From the IMG/VR virus record IMGVR_UViG_3300033997_000243, positions 248,001 through 312,000 of that record: 64,000 nucleotides of DNA; one strand, written 5' to 3'. The notes below the pieces were generated by a model. It saw only the letters and a program-made list of their open reading frames with translations. It was not told where the DNA came from and searched no databases. Each line of letters opens with the position of its first letter. The stretch's first letter is position 1. Positions 21,017 to 29,795 of the stretch are shown here, in pieces. The position numbers were made by a program, and so were the translations under genes.

Positions 21017-21431
21017 TTAAAGTTATCCCCAAACATTTTCGGAAATATTCGTTAATTCCATCAATCTGAATAGATAAAATCTTTTCTTCGCTGAGATTAT
21101 AATGTTTCCCTAGCAAGGAAAGATTTGCATTAACAGCATCAAGAACCATAGAGGTTTCTATCAGACTAACTTTTAGAATTTCCAAAGAGGCTTTGGCACA
21201 AGATACTGAACCTTCCCAAATTGCAATATCTTCTGGATCTAGATTGTCCTTGTTTTTAGTAAGGATTCTATTTCCTTTTGCAACTAAGTTTGTTTGTTCA
21301 GTTTTTTGTTGCTCTAGTTCAAGTAAGTTGAGGCGAAGCGAAGTGCGGTAAGAAACCATGTAAGCATAAAGCTCAACAGGATCTTTTATGTGAAGCAGAT
21401 TATTGGTTACATGAGCCAAACTCGTGTTCAT
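21003..21431 (-). CDS. coiled-coil hypothetical protein
   Basis: 142 aa ORF. Confidence 0.75.
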   Translation of the reverse strand: MNTSLAHVTNNLLHIKDPVELYAYMVSYRTSLRLNLLELEQQKTEQTNLVAKGNRILTKNKDNLDPEDIAIWEGSVSCAKASLEILKVSLIETSMVLDAVNANLSLLGKHYNLSEEKILSIQIDGINEYFRKCLGITLNAEH

Positions 21432-21463
21432 TTCTCAATTCCATTCGCTAGAGAACTTTTACG

Positions 21464-21488
21464 AAAAAAGCCGCAAGAAGCGGCTTTT
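21464..21488 (-). terminator. intrinsic terminator
   Basis: AAAAGCCGC/GCGGCTTTT stem with U-tract. Confidence 0.8.
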
Positions 21489-21510
21489 GTTTGTTAACGA
21501 CTAAAATTTA

Positions 21511-21978
21511 TTATTCAAAATCGAAGTCGTTATTTTTCTTTTTTGTAGAAGGCTTTTTGTCAGCTTTCTTGTCTGACTTGGCCGGAGCTTTTTTGTCAGC
21601 AGACTTTTTATCAGCTGGCTTTTTGTCAACTTTCTTGTCTGACTTGGCCGGAGCTTTTTTGTCAGCAGACTTTTTATCAGCTTTCTTATCCGCTTTGGCC
21701 GGAGCTTTTTTGTCAGCTTTTTTGTCAGCTTTCTTATCCGCTTTGGCCGGAGCTTTCTTATCGGCTACCGGAGCTTTTTTGTCAGCTTTGGCAGGAGCTT
21801 TTGCGGCAGGAGCTGGATTACCTGCTAAAGCTTCGGCTTGCTGTTTTGTAGCGGCAGCAACTGCTTCTGCTTGTTCAGCGGCTTTAACTAAAGCTTCTGC
21901 TTGTTTGCGTAAAGCAGCGGCTTGCTTTGTAGAAGCAGTTGCACTTTTGTTCAGTGCGGAAATAGCTTGTTTACTCAT
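21511..21978 (-). CDS. histone H1/AlgP-like Lys-Ala-Pro repeat protein
   Basis: Ala-rich helix, then tandem PAKADKK/KSADKK repeats, ends NNDFDFE. Confidence 0.8.
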   Translation of the reverse strand: MSKQAISALNKSATASTKQAAALRKQAEALVKAAEQAEAVAAATKQQAEALAGNPAPAAKAPAKADKKAPVADKKAPAKADKKADKKADKKAPAKADKKADKKSADKKAPAKSDKKVDKKPADKKSADKKAPAKSDKKADKKPSTKKKNNDFDFE

Positions 21979-22009
21979 TTTTCAATTTCTCTTATTGCGA
22001 ATTAAAGGA

Positions 22010-22033
22010 AAGCGATGCAATACACATCGCTTT
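22010..22033 (-). terminator. intrinsic terminator candidate
   Basis: AAGCGATG/CATCGCTT stem. Confidence 0.55.
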
Positions 22034-22066
22034 AAATTTTAAAGAAGGTTAGTTAGAGGTCAGGGA

Positions 22067-22783
22067 TTAATCTTCTTCCCACTCTTCCTCTTCTTCCTCT
22101 TCTTCCTCTTCTTCCTCTTCCTCTTCTTCGTCAGAGGAATAGTTTTCTTCCAGCCACTCACGCAGAGTATCTTCGTTCTTCAGCGCCTTCTTAGGCGGCT
22201 CAAGATCGTTTTCTTTTGCGAAAGCCTTCATTTCTTTTAAATCCATTTCTTCAAAGTCTGGTTCTTCAGACTCTTCTTCCTCTTCTTCCTCTTCTTCGTC
22301 AGAGGAATAGTTTTCTTCCAACCACTCGCGCAGGTCATCTTCGTCTTTCAGAACTTTGGCAGGAACTTCCAGATCATTTTCTTTCACAAACTTTTTCAGT
22401 GCTTTGTGATCCATGTCCTCGAAGTCAGGAGAATCAGATTCTTCTTCCTCTTCTTCCTCTTCCTCTTCGGAATACTGCTCAGCTAAAAACTCGCGCAGGT
22501 CATCTTCATCTTTGATCTTTTTAGGGATCTCGATTTCGTTGTCTTTAGCAAACTTTTTCAGCTGCTTCAGATTCATTTCTTCAAAGTCTGGTTCATCAGA
22601 CTCTTCTTCCTCTTCGACTTCTTCATCCTTTTTGGATTTTTTGCCTTTGGAGGATTTACCGGCAGGAGCGCCTACAGCGGCAACAACGTCATCAGCTTCG
22701 ATAACACCTTCTTCAACACAAACTGTCAGCAATTCCAGTAACGCAGAAGCAACTGTTTTTCCGGCGGTCTTTTTCTTTGACAT
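22067..22783 (-). CDS. poly-Glu protein with three tandem HeH/Rho-N-like modules
   Basis: 3x PDFE(E/D)M.LK.LK.F.K.N.LE.P.K..K.ED.LRE(F/W)L separated by poly-E. Confidence 0.85.
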   Translation of the reverse strand: MSKKKTAGKTVASALLELLTVCVEEGVIEADDVVAAVGAPAGKSSKGKKSKKDEEVEEEEESDEPDFEEMNLKQLKKFAKDNEIEIPKKIKDEDDLREFLAEQYSEEEEEEEEEESDSPDFEDMDHKALKKFVKENDLEVPAKVLKDEDDLREWLEENYSSDEEEEEEEEESEEPDFEEMDLKEMKAFAKENDLEPPKKALKNEDTLREWLEENYSSDEEEEEEEEEEEEEEEEWEED

Positions 22784-22845
22784 GATATTTTCCCAATGTT
22801 CTACTGTTATAAAAAATTGTTTATACCATTTAGGTATACTAAAGA

Positions 22846-22853
22846 ATTTACAG
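22846..22853 (-). promoter_or_regulatory. class II candidate promoter motif CTGTAAAT
   Basis: Intergenic, upstream of start 22783. Confidence 0.5.
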
Positions 22854-22895
22854 TATTCCCAAAGCAGACTAAACTAAGGGAATACTTGAAAAGAA

Positions 22896-23417
22896 TTACT
22901 CGGCCAGTTCGGTCTGCATTTCAAAGCCGTCAGTATTTGACGTATTAAAAACAGTAACGTCACCAGTGTCCAAATTTGTGATAACATTGGCAGAACCGCG
23001 AGTTTCAACATTGGCACGTTTGATTTCACGAACAACTTCTTGTGACATCACGGTGATTTGAGCGCGTTCACCTACAGCACCAGTGTACATGATTACATCT
23101 TTCGCTGGAAAGATTGAAACTGTTTGCTTGGAAGAACGAGGTTTTGTGTGTGAGAAAACAAAAGATTCACCTTCGATTTTCAGCAAATAACCTTGCAGGT
23201 GTTGGGCAGTGCGTTTCGCAACAATACGAACACGTAATTCCATTTTAGGGTTGTGTTTGCGTAAAGAAATTTTGGAAAGTTTGCTTTCAAACTTATCAAG
23301 CATCGAAGGCTGGCCAGCTTTCTTAACTTTTGTAGCAGGAGCTTTGGCAGGTACTTTACCGGCAGCTTTTACAGGGGCTTTGCCTTTGGTTAAAGGCAGT
23401 TTCTTTTGGTTTGACAT
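22896..23417 (-). CDS. Lys-rich N-terminus plus possible Sm/LSm-like barrel
   Basis: LRVRIV...HLQGYLLKIEGESFVF...VSIFP..DVIMY strand pattern. Confidence 0.7.
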   Translation of the reverse strand: MSNQKKLPLTKGKAPVKAAGKVPAKAPATKVKKAGQPSMLDKFESKLSKISLRKHNPKMELRVRIVAKRTAQHLQGYLLKIEGESFVFSHTKPRSSKQTVSIFPAKDVIMYTGAVGERAQITVMSQEVVREIKRANVETRGSANVITNLDTGDVTVFNTSNTDGFEMQTELAE

Positions 23418-23514
23418 AGCTATAAATTTCCTTTGCGATTTTAGTCAAAAGCGACAGTTATTACATTATCATCGGCAGGTCAGAATTCTAAAATTCCTCC
23501 CGACCTGCCTATGT

Positions 23515-23522
23515 ATTTACAG
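23515..23522 (-). promoter_or_regulatory. class II candidate promoter CTGTAAATA followed by 5' leader hairpin (23474-23509)
   Basis: AAAACTGTAAATA, then GGCAGGTC/GACCTGCC stem. Confidence 0.6.
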
Positions 23523-23540
23523 TTTTAGCAGACCAGCAGC

Positions 23541-25691
23541 TTACTCAATGACAATCATTGAGTTTGCAGACCACGGCAACAGGTAAGAAATTGAATCAAA
23601 ATCAGATAACAGAGTGTGAACAATGTCGGTTTCGACTTCTGACTCAGTTTCTTCTTCTGAATCAATTTCTTCTTCTGTTTCTTCAACTTCTTCGCTTTCG
23701 TACTCTTCATCCAATTCACCATCGAATTCAAATTCAGAGTCCTGCATTTCAGCGGCCTGTTCTGCTTTTTCACGAACATATTCAACTAACTGTTCGCGGC
23801 TATAGTAGCCTGTTTTGTTAAACAGATCAACAACAGCACGAGATTTTAACAGCAGATCTAAATCGGCTGCAAAAGTAACCATGATTTCAATCGACTCTTC
23901 TGTCGCTTCATCAGCAATTGCTTGAGCAGATTTTTTTAGTGCCGTCAGATTTCCGCGCAACTTTTCTGAATCACGGCTACGGCCCAACATTGGGACGTTC
24001 AGAGATACGAAAAAGTTGTACACGATTTCATTTTCAGTATCACCGACTGAAGGTTGAACATTGATAGAAGCTAAATCGCTTAAATCAATACCTTCTGGTA
24101 ATACGTTGTCATCGGTTAAACCGTAGACCAAAGCTTTTGCAACTTTTTGCAGGTTCTCACAAATACCGTAAACGGTTTGATGAACAGCAATTGTTGGGCC
24201 GCAGTAAACGCGCTGTTTCATGTTAAACTCTGCAACCATTTGCGATAATGATTGCATTGGATCTACAAACCAGCCCATATTTTTGTCATCGGTTTCACGA
24301 CGGCGTAACGGATGATTGGCACACATTGCATTTTCACCAATGTAAATTGCGGCCAGTTCTTCCTGATCGATTTCACGAGTTTGCTGTGTGCCAGCCGATA
24401 AAACCAGAATAATGCGAGAAGAAGTTGTAAGTTCAAAGTGCGGAACTTCTGAACCTAAATAATCTACTTCTTCTAAGTGACGAATCACTTCGGCATTCAA
24501 AGCTTCAGCTTCAGCTTCAGCTTGCATTTCTGCTTCGATTTCGGCATCCATTTCAGCCAGTTGTTCTTCGGTGAATTCGATCTGAACACCATCTTCTTCA
24601 TCTTCATCAGAAACATAGTTTTCAGGATCGTCGCGTTCAACTTCTTCGACTTCTTCTTCATGAGTTTCAAAGTCGTCAGTTTCGTCAGAAGTTTCTGATT
24701 CATCTTCGGCTTCTACTTCAGCCAAAGCTTTGTTTTCAGCAACGGCCAGAACGTCAGAATACTGGCCGCGTAATTCTTCACGAATTTCTGAAGTACCTAA
24801 GTCAGAAATTTCTGAAAGCTGATCAGCTGTTAAGCTAATGTGCTGTTCAAAATGAGAAAGCAAGGCTTTGCGATCCATAGAGTCCAGAACTTCCAGAAAT
24901 TTATCTTCGTCACCGTTGGTAGCATGTTCCAGAAGTTCATCAAAATCTGAATCATCAACTTTTTCAGTTCCGGTGATTTCCTGCATAACCTGCGCTGTTG
25001 AAACAGTTTCGTTTTCTGCAAAATCAAATTCGCTCGACTCTTCGGCTTCAAAATCGCTGGCAGTCGGCACAGCATCAACAACTACAGTTGTACTTTCATC
25101 TGAATCTTCAGCATAAATTTTGTTGATTGCAGCAATCAACATTTGACGAGCTTCGTCTGAAGTTTCAGCGTTTTCTGTAGCTTCATCGGCATAACCGCCT
25201 AAGTGAATAAGCAGATCGGCCAGACCATCATCAGAAAGTTGTTCAACTTTTGAAGGGTCTGAGTAATCAACCATCGGATCGAATTCAGCAAAATCAGCTT
25301 CATCAAAAGTAGAGTTTGCCGAATTTCCGCCAGATAAAGCGGCCAACAACGGATCAATTTCGGCACGAAGTTTGTTGCGAGATTCAGCACCGTTTTTAAT
25401 ACCTTTCAACAAAGCTTCCGCATTACCACCTAAATGATTCAACAGATCTTTGTGGCCTTTCAAACTTAACTCTTCCAGATTCACCGGATTGGTGTAATCA
25501 ACAGATGGATTGAATTGCTTTTTCTCTGGAGCAGGAATTTTAACTTCGTTAACGTACATTGCGGTTTCTCCAACATTTGTTTTTGGTTCAGCCACAACAG
25601 GCGCTGAGTTCGGCACTACTTTAGATTGTTGCATAGAAGCAGCGGCAGCTGCACTAACTTTAGGCAACAACTTATGTTTTGGTTTTAGCAT
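23541..25691 (-). CDS. large acidic protein with internal repeat
   Basis: 716 aa; repeat FNPSVDYTNP..LEELS..G..DLL.HLGG / FDPMVDYSDP..VEQLS..G..DLL.HLGG; Glu/Asp tracts. Confidence 0.85.
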   Translation of the reverse strand: MLKPKHKLLPKVSAAAAASMQQSKVVPNSAPVVAEPKTNVGETAMYVNEVKIPAPEKKQFNPSVDYTNPVNLEELSLKGHKDLLNHLGGNAEALLKGIKNGAESRNKLRAEIDPLLAALSGGNSANSTFDEADFAEFDPMVDYSDPSKVEQLSDDGLADLLIHLGGYADEATENAETSDEARQMLIAAINKIYAEDSDESTTVVVDAVPTASDFEAEESSEFDFAENETVSTAQVMQEITGTEKVDDSDFDELLEHATNGDEDKFLEVLDSMDRKALLSHFEQHISLTADQLSEISDLGTSEIREELRGQYSDVLAVAENKALAEVEAEDESETSDETDDFETHEEEVEEVERDDPENYVSDEDEEDGVQIEFTEEQLAEMDAEIEAEMQAEAEAEALNAEVIRHLEEVDYLGSEVPHFELTTSSRIILVLSAGTQQTREIDQEELAAIYIGENAMCANHPLRRRETDDKNMGWFVDPMQSLSQMVAEFNMKQRVYCGPTIAVHQTVYGICENLQKVAKALVYGLTDDNVLPEGIDLSDLASINVQPSVGDTENEIVYNFFVSLNVPMLGRSRDSEKLRGNLTALKKSAQAIADEATEESIEIMVTFAADLDLLLKSRAVVDLFNKTGYYSREQLVEYVREKAEQAAEMQDSEFEFDGELDEEYESEEVEETEEEIDSEEETESEVETDIVHTLLSDFDSISYLLPWSANSMIVIE

Positions 25692-25699
25692 AATGTCCT

Positions 25700-26977
25700 C
25701 TAGGCTTTTTGCCAGTACATTTTAGGTTTTGAAATTCTCACAACTGGCTGAGTTCCATTTTTGCCCTTTCTGCTTTCGAGACTGGAACTCTGAGCTGTTT
25801 TTGATTCACAACAAACAAAACCCAAACTTTTTAGTTTGCTCATAATCTGAGTGTGTTTAACGCTCGGTGGAGTGCATGTGATCTCATTTGAATTTGAGCA
25901 AAGAAATAAATCTAATGCTTTAAAACAAAATAAATTCACTGGGTCATTTGCTTTCGCAACTTCACGAGCTTTTTTACGCAATTCACGATTGGCTTCTCGC
26001 TTTTCTTCAAAAGCATCAATCAACTTTTTAGCGGCTTCAGCCAAATTAATCTGGCGTCGTGTTGGCCGTTTTATTTGATCGAACTCTGAAAGATAAAGCA
26101 CTGCCTTTGCTTTCTTTTCACGATACTTATCTAAGAATCCAATATATGGACTTTTTCGATCCGCACGTTCACGATAGATCTCAGCTAAACGATCAACATC
26201 GTGAATAATCCATTCATGAATCACCGAAGCATAATCCATTTCAGGATCGTATTCGTTGCGCTCAAGTTTGCCGTAAACAACATAATACTGCTCACTTTTA
26301 CCAAAAGCACCGTCAGGTAAATTCGGTGGAACAATGTTTGAAGCTTGATACGTAAAATCAACAAACTTTTCTTTTTGTTTGGAGTCTACGTAATTCAGAA
26401 AAGCAGAAACTAACTTAGTCTGACCAGCAACTTTTTTATAAACGCAGTACATATCATAAGCGTCAGTTTGAACACGAACAAAACTTTTACCTAAACAAGA
26501 TTTTGCTGGCCCATCTACTATTTTGAACTGAGAAATACTCTTCATCAATTTTAAATAGTGATCAGAAGGAACATAAGTCACACTGCAATCTAAAGCGGAG
26601 CGCATGTGTTCTTTTAAAACTGATCTTAGATCTTTTTTCGTTAATACGGAATCAGGCAACTGAACCGCATCATAACCAGCAACTTCATTCCAAAGCATTT
26701 TATTTATATTGCTTTGGGGCAAAGCTAAACCGCATTCGTAAAGTAATGCAACTTTTTCACAAGCAACATAACTACCACGACAAATTTGATTGTACAAATT
26801 AATAAGGTGCGAACGTGATATACGCAACATGAAATGATGTTCGCTGCTTGCGCTACCTCGCGCTACCCAACGATCACCAGACAAAGGCACAGCAGTAGTA
26901 ATCAAACAATTTGTTAAAGCGTTTGGCGCTTGTTCATGCAAAATGCTTGAATAGATCAACTTTGTGTGCTGATTCAT
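25700..26977 (-). CDS. hypothetical protein
   Basis: 425 aa ORF. Confidence 0.8.
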   Translation of the reverse strand: MNQHTKLIYSSILHEQAPNALTNCLITTAVPLSGDRWVARGSASSEHHFMLRISRSHLINLYNQICRGSYVACEKVALLYECGLALPQSNINKMLWNEVAGYDAVQLPDSVLTKKDLRSVLKEHMRSALDCSVTYVPSDHYLKLMKSISQFKIVDGPAKSCLGKSFVRVQTDAYDMYCVYKKVAGQTKLVSAFLNYVDSKQKEKFVDFTYQASNIVPPNLPDGAFGKSEQYYVVYGKLERNEYDPEMDYASVIHEWIIHDVDRLAEIYRERADRKSPYIGFLDKYREKKAKAVLYLSEFDQIKRPTRRQINLAEAAKKLIDAFEEKREANRELRKKAREVAKANDPVNLFCFKALDLFLCSNSNEITCTPPSVKHTQIMSKLKSLGFVCCESKTAQSSSLESRKGKNGTQPVVRISKPKMYWQKA

Positions 26978-26992
26978 AAATTTTCCAGATTA

Positions 26993-27014
26993 GGCGGTAG
27001 GAATTCCTACCGCC
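26993..27014. terminator. perfect 22-bp palindrome / terminator candidate
   Basis: GGCGGTAGGAATTCCTACCGCC. Confidence 0.55.
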
Positions 27015-27069
27015 AATTTACTTGGTTAAAGATTCTTCCTCTTCGTCATCTTCCTCTTAAGCTAGAGGA

Positions 27070-28536
27070 TTATTCGCTCTCGAACTCGAAGTCCTCTTCG
27101 CCAGTAGTTTCTTCAGCGTCAACCAACTTTTCAATCAGTAAAGCTTTCAACGCTTTGATTTTACGGAAGTGACGGATGTTCTGCGAAACTTTACCAACTT
27201 TATCGCTGTATTGTTTTGCAATTTCCAGTAAAGAATCGAAGTCGCGGATTTCGTTGATTTCTTCGGCAGTAATGCCTTCCTCAACTTCTTCTTCCTCCTC
27301 TTCCTCTTCTTCAGTTTCTTCAAAGAACAGGCTGACCACGTATTCGATCAGTTCTTCTTTATCCAAACCTTCGATGTAATCAACAGTAGCTTCGTAATCT
27401 TCGCTACCTTCTTCACCTAAATCAACAGCACCAAAGATGAAAGTGCGGATTTCTGATTCAGAGTAATCGGCCAGTGCGTCAGCGGCTTCTTCAGCAGATT
27501 CACAGCCTTCTAAAAGATTTGAATCATCTTCAGATTCTTCTTCCTCTTCTTCGGCTTCGTCCAGCTCGTCCAGTTCATCAACTTCTTCTTCCTCCAGTTC
27601 ATCAACTTCTGTTTCCTCTTCTTCAGAGAAAGGAACAAAGTCTAAACTCTCAAAGTCTTTTGAACCAACATCTTTTGGTTCACCGTTTTCATCTTCCAGA
27701 ATCAAACGAACTGGATCACGTTGCATACCAGCAAAGTAGTAAGTTTTACCATCTTCGTCAACTAAGCGTGAACCGATGACAAACTCTTCCATTTCTTCTT
27801 CGTCCAGTTGCAGTGCGGCAAACACACGTTGAGCAACTTTTGAATTCGCGGCAACCTGACTTTCCCACAGACCTTCTTCAACCAGAGATAAAGTTTCTTC
27901 GCTGAAGTTAAATTCTACAGCTTCTTCCTCTTCTTCCAGTTCTTCCAGTTCTTCTTCCAACTCTTCCTCTTCTTCAGGAATGTCAAAAGTTAAATCTGAC
28001 ATGCAAAGAATAACGGTCGGATCGCCACCTTCTTCTTCGATTTGTGCGCCAGTGTTTACGCTAACGAAATTGTCAAAGCGTTTTGGCAAATGTTCACGCA
28101 GAATTTCTTCAACCGCTGAACGAATTTCACCTGACTGTTCAGTAACATTTTCGATAGTAATGGCATCAACTTCTTCCAGTTCTTCCACAACTTTGGTGGC
28201 AGACTTACGTGCAGGTTTTGTTTCAGCAACTTTTTTGCCAGCTGGTTTTTTGTCGGCTTTGGCCGGAGCTTTTGCTGGAGCTTTTTTGTCGGCTTTGGCC
28301 GGAGCTTTTTTAACTTTTGGCAAAGTCACATAACCAGAACCAACTTTTGCACCGTCAACAGGCTGATCGATTTCTTCAAACTTTTGACCATCACGTACAA
28401 CACAATTTGCGGCAACGCCTTTACGACGACCTTGCAGTTTGTAACCAGTTTTAGTTGTCTCTGTGATAGTGTCACGCGAACCATCTAACAGAGTAATTTT
28501 TTTACCGACTAAAGTTTCATTAGGAGTTACTTTCAT
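27070..28536 (-). CDS. bipartite basic/acidic protein (PAKADKK repeats, poly-E, ends EDFEFESE)
   Basis: Start moved to ATG 28536 (MKVTP) with AAGGA RBS, downstream of CTGTAAAT motif. Confidence 0.85.
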   Translation of the reverse strand: MKVTPNETLVGKKITLLDGSRDTITETTKTGYKLQGRRKGVAANCVVRDGQKFEEIDQPVDGAKVGSGYVTLPKVKKAPAKADKKAPAKAPAKADKKPAGKKVAETKPARKSATKVVEELEEVDAITIENVTEQSGEIRSAVEEILREHLPKRFDNFVSVNTGAQIEEEGGDPTVILCMSDLTFDIPEEEEELEEELEELEEEEEAVEFNFSEETLSLVEEGLWESQVAANSKVAQRVFAALQLDEEEMEEFVIGSRLVDEDGKTYYFAGMQRDPVRLILEDENGEPKDVGSKDFESLDFVPFSEEEETEVDELEEEEVDELDELDEAEEEEEESEDDSNLLEGCESAEEAADALADYSESEIRTFIFGAVDLGEEGSEDYEATVDYIEGLDKEELIEYVVSLFFEETEEEEEEEEEVEEGITAEEINEIRDFDSLLEIAKQYSDKVGKVSQNIRHFRKIKALKALLIEKLVDAEETTGEEDFEFESE

Positions 28537-28568
28537 TTCAACTTTCCTTACATTGGATTCAAATAAAT

Positions 28569-28576
28569 ATTTACAG
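28569..28576 (-). promoter_or_regulatory. class II candidate promoter motif CTGTAAAT
   Basis: 33 nt upstream of ATG 28536. Confidence 0.55.
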
Positions 28577-28625
28577 AACGGTCGGAGCAGGATTGCCCCA
28601 CACATTAATCAAACAAACTTTTTTG

Positions 28626-29231
28626 TTAGAAACTGATTACAGTATCTGACTCAACGCGAACATCTTTGCCTTTGGCATTTTTACAGATTAAGCGGCAAAC
28701 GCCACCACGCACTGAAACACCGTAAACCAGAAGTTCCTGATCATCTACGAATATCGACTTGTTGAACATTGATAATGCAACGCCGAATTCTTTAGCTTTG
28801 GCTAAATTCGCCTTGAACGAATCTTTAGTTTCGCTCAAACCTGCTTCACGATAAACTTTTCGTAACTCTGTGGATGGAGCAACGAACTGCGCTACCGCTT
28901 GCTTTTTACTTGCTTTGCCAGTCACTGTTTTATTTACAGTTTTGGCAGTACCAGAACCTTTCAGATCAACCAACTTTTCTTTTATCAAAGTTGAAAGTTG
29001 ATCTACGGCAGAAAGAACACGAGTTAATGATTTTGCATCTAAGTTGTCGATGTTGTTTACTTCGATGCCAGCACTTTTTAAAGTTGACCTTACCGCAACA
29101 GGAATACTTGCTTTTGGTTTTTTAACCGGAGTATCTTTTGCAGGAAGTTTAGCACTTGGTTTAACTTTACCAGAAGGTTTTACACTTACTGGAGCTTTGT
29201 TTTCACCTTTCTTTGGAAACTTTTTAATCAT
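28626..29231 (-). CDS. basic Lys-rich protein
   Basis: Start moved to ATG 29231 (MIKKFPKK) with GAGG RBS. Confidence 0.8.
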   Translation of the reverse strand: MIKKFPKKGENKAPVSVKPSGKVKPSAKLPAKDTPVKKPKASIPVAVRSTLKSAGIEVNNIDNLDAKSLTRVLSAVDQLSTLIKEKLVDLKGSGTAKTVNKTVTGKASKKQAVAQFVAPSTELRKVYREAGLSETKDSFKANLAKAKEFGVALSMFNKSIFVDDQELLVYGVSVRGGVCRLICKNAKGKDVRVESDTVISF

Positions 29232-29301
29232 GGTCGAGATCCTCAAATGATTGATAAACTTTTTACTTTGATTGGGCGATATTGCCCTAACCAATGTACA
29301 C

Positions 29302-29350
29302 ATTATACTAAAAGTGGCCGCTCATAACAACCACTATTTTTGACACACTT
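29302..29350 (-). promoter_or_regulatory. class I promoter module with embedded terminator hairpin
   Basis: GTGTGTCAAAAA-N29-TATAAT; TTGTTA-17-TATAAT; AGUGGUUGUU/AGCGGCCACU-UUU. Confidence 0.88.
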
Positions 29351-29413
29351 TGTTTAGTAACAAACTTTTTATCGGGAACGAAACTTCAGACAAACTTTCT
29401 CTGTTGTTTCGAT
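29311..29413 (-). ncRNA. candidate ~100 nt sRNA between tandem promoter modules
   Basis: No plausible ORF between promoter 29420 and terminator hairpin 29311-29336; internal stems GAAAC/GUUUC, CAGA/UCUG. Confidence 0.4.
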
Positions 29414-29419
29414 GGTGTA

Positions 29420-29477
29420 ATTATATCAAAAGTGGCCGCTCATAACAACCACTATTTTTGACACACCTCGATCAGTT
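29420..29477 (-). promoter_or_regulatory. class I promoter module (tandem duplicate)
   Basis: Near-identical copy of 29302-29350. Confidence 0.88.
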
Positions 29478-29479
29478 GA

Positions 29480-29731
29480 CTATCGTTGAGCTTTACGTGC
29501 CTTCTTTTGTACAGCACGTTTTGCTCTACGTAAACTTTTTGGAATCAACTTTTTCGTTGCACGATAGCGAGTGGCTGTACCTTCATCGTGCCAAGAATCT
29601 TGCTGCGGCTCACTGTAATCATCTTTTAAACTTTTTACAATGCGCTTTACTTCAGCATCAATATTATCTTCGGCTATCGCAATCTGATTAAATTGAGAAG
29701 CGACGATTGCACCAACTAATTCTTTTCTCAT
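29480..29731 (-). CDS. small basic hypothetical protein
   Basis: 83 aa, AAGGA RBS. Confidence 0.75.
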   Translation of the reverse strand: MRKELVGAIVASQFNQIAIAEDNIDAEVKRIVKSLKDDYSEPQQDSWHDEGTATRYRATKKLIPKSLRRAKRAVQKKARKAQR

Positions 29732-29795
29732 ATAAATATCCTTTTGCTAAAGCTTGCGTAAAAGGCGACTTAATAAAATCACCTTTGCCAAAACT

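Noticed and set aside
21491-22877. Long plus-strand ORFs antisense to the low-complexity genes (also 27980-28333, 60305-60799)
   Set aside because: Shadow frames of repetitive Lys/Ala/Glu codons, without initiation signals
25700-26977. Faint resemblance to an NAD-dependent ligase adenylation domain (VVYGKL, LFCF, LKSLGF)
   Set aside because: No KxDG or NPRN motif; the similarity is too weak to call
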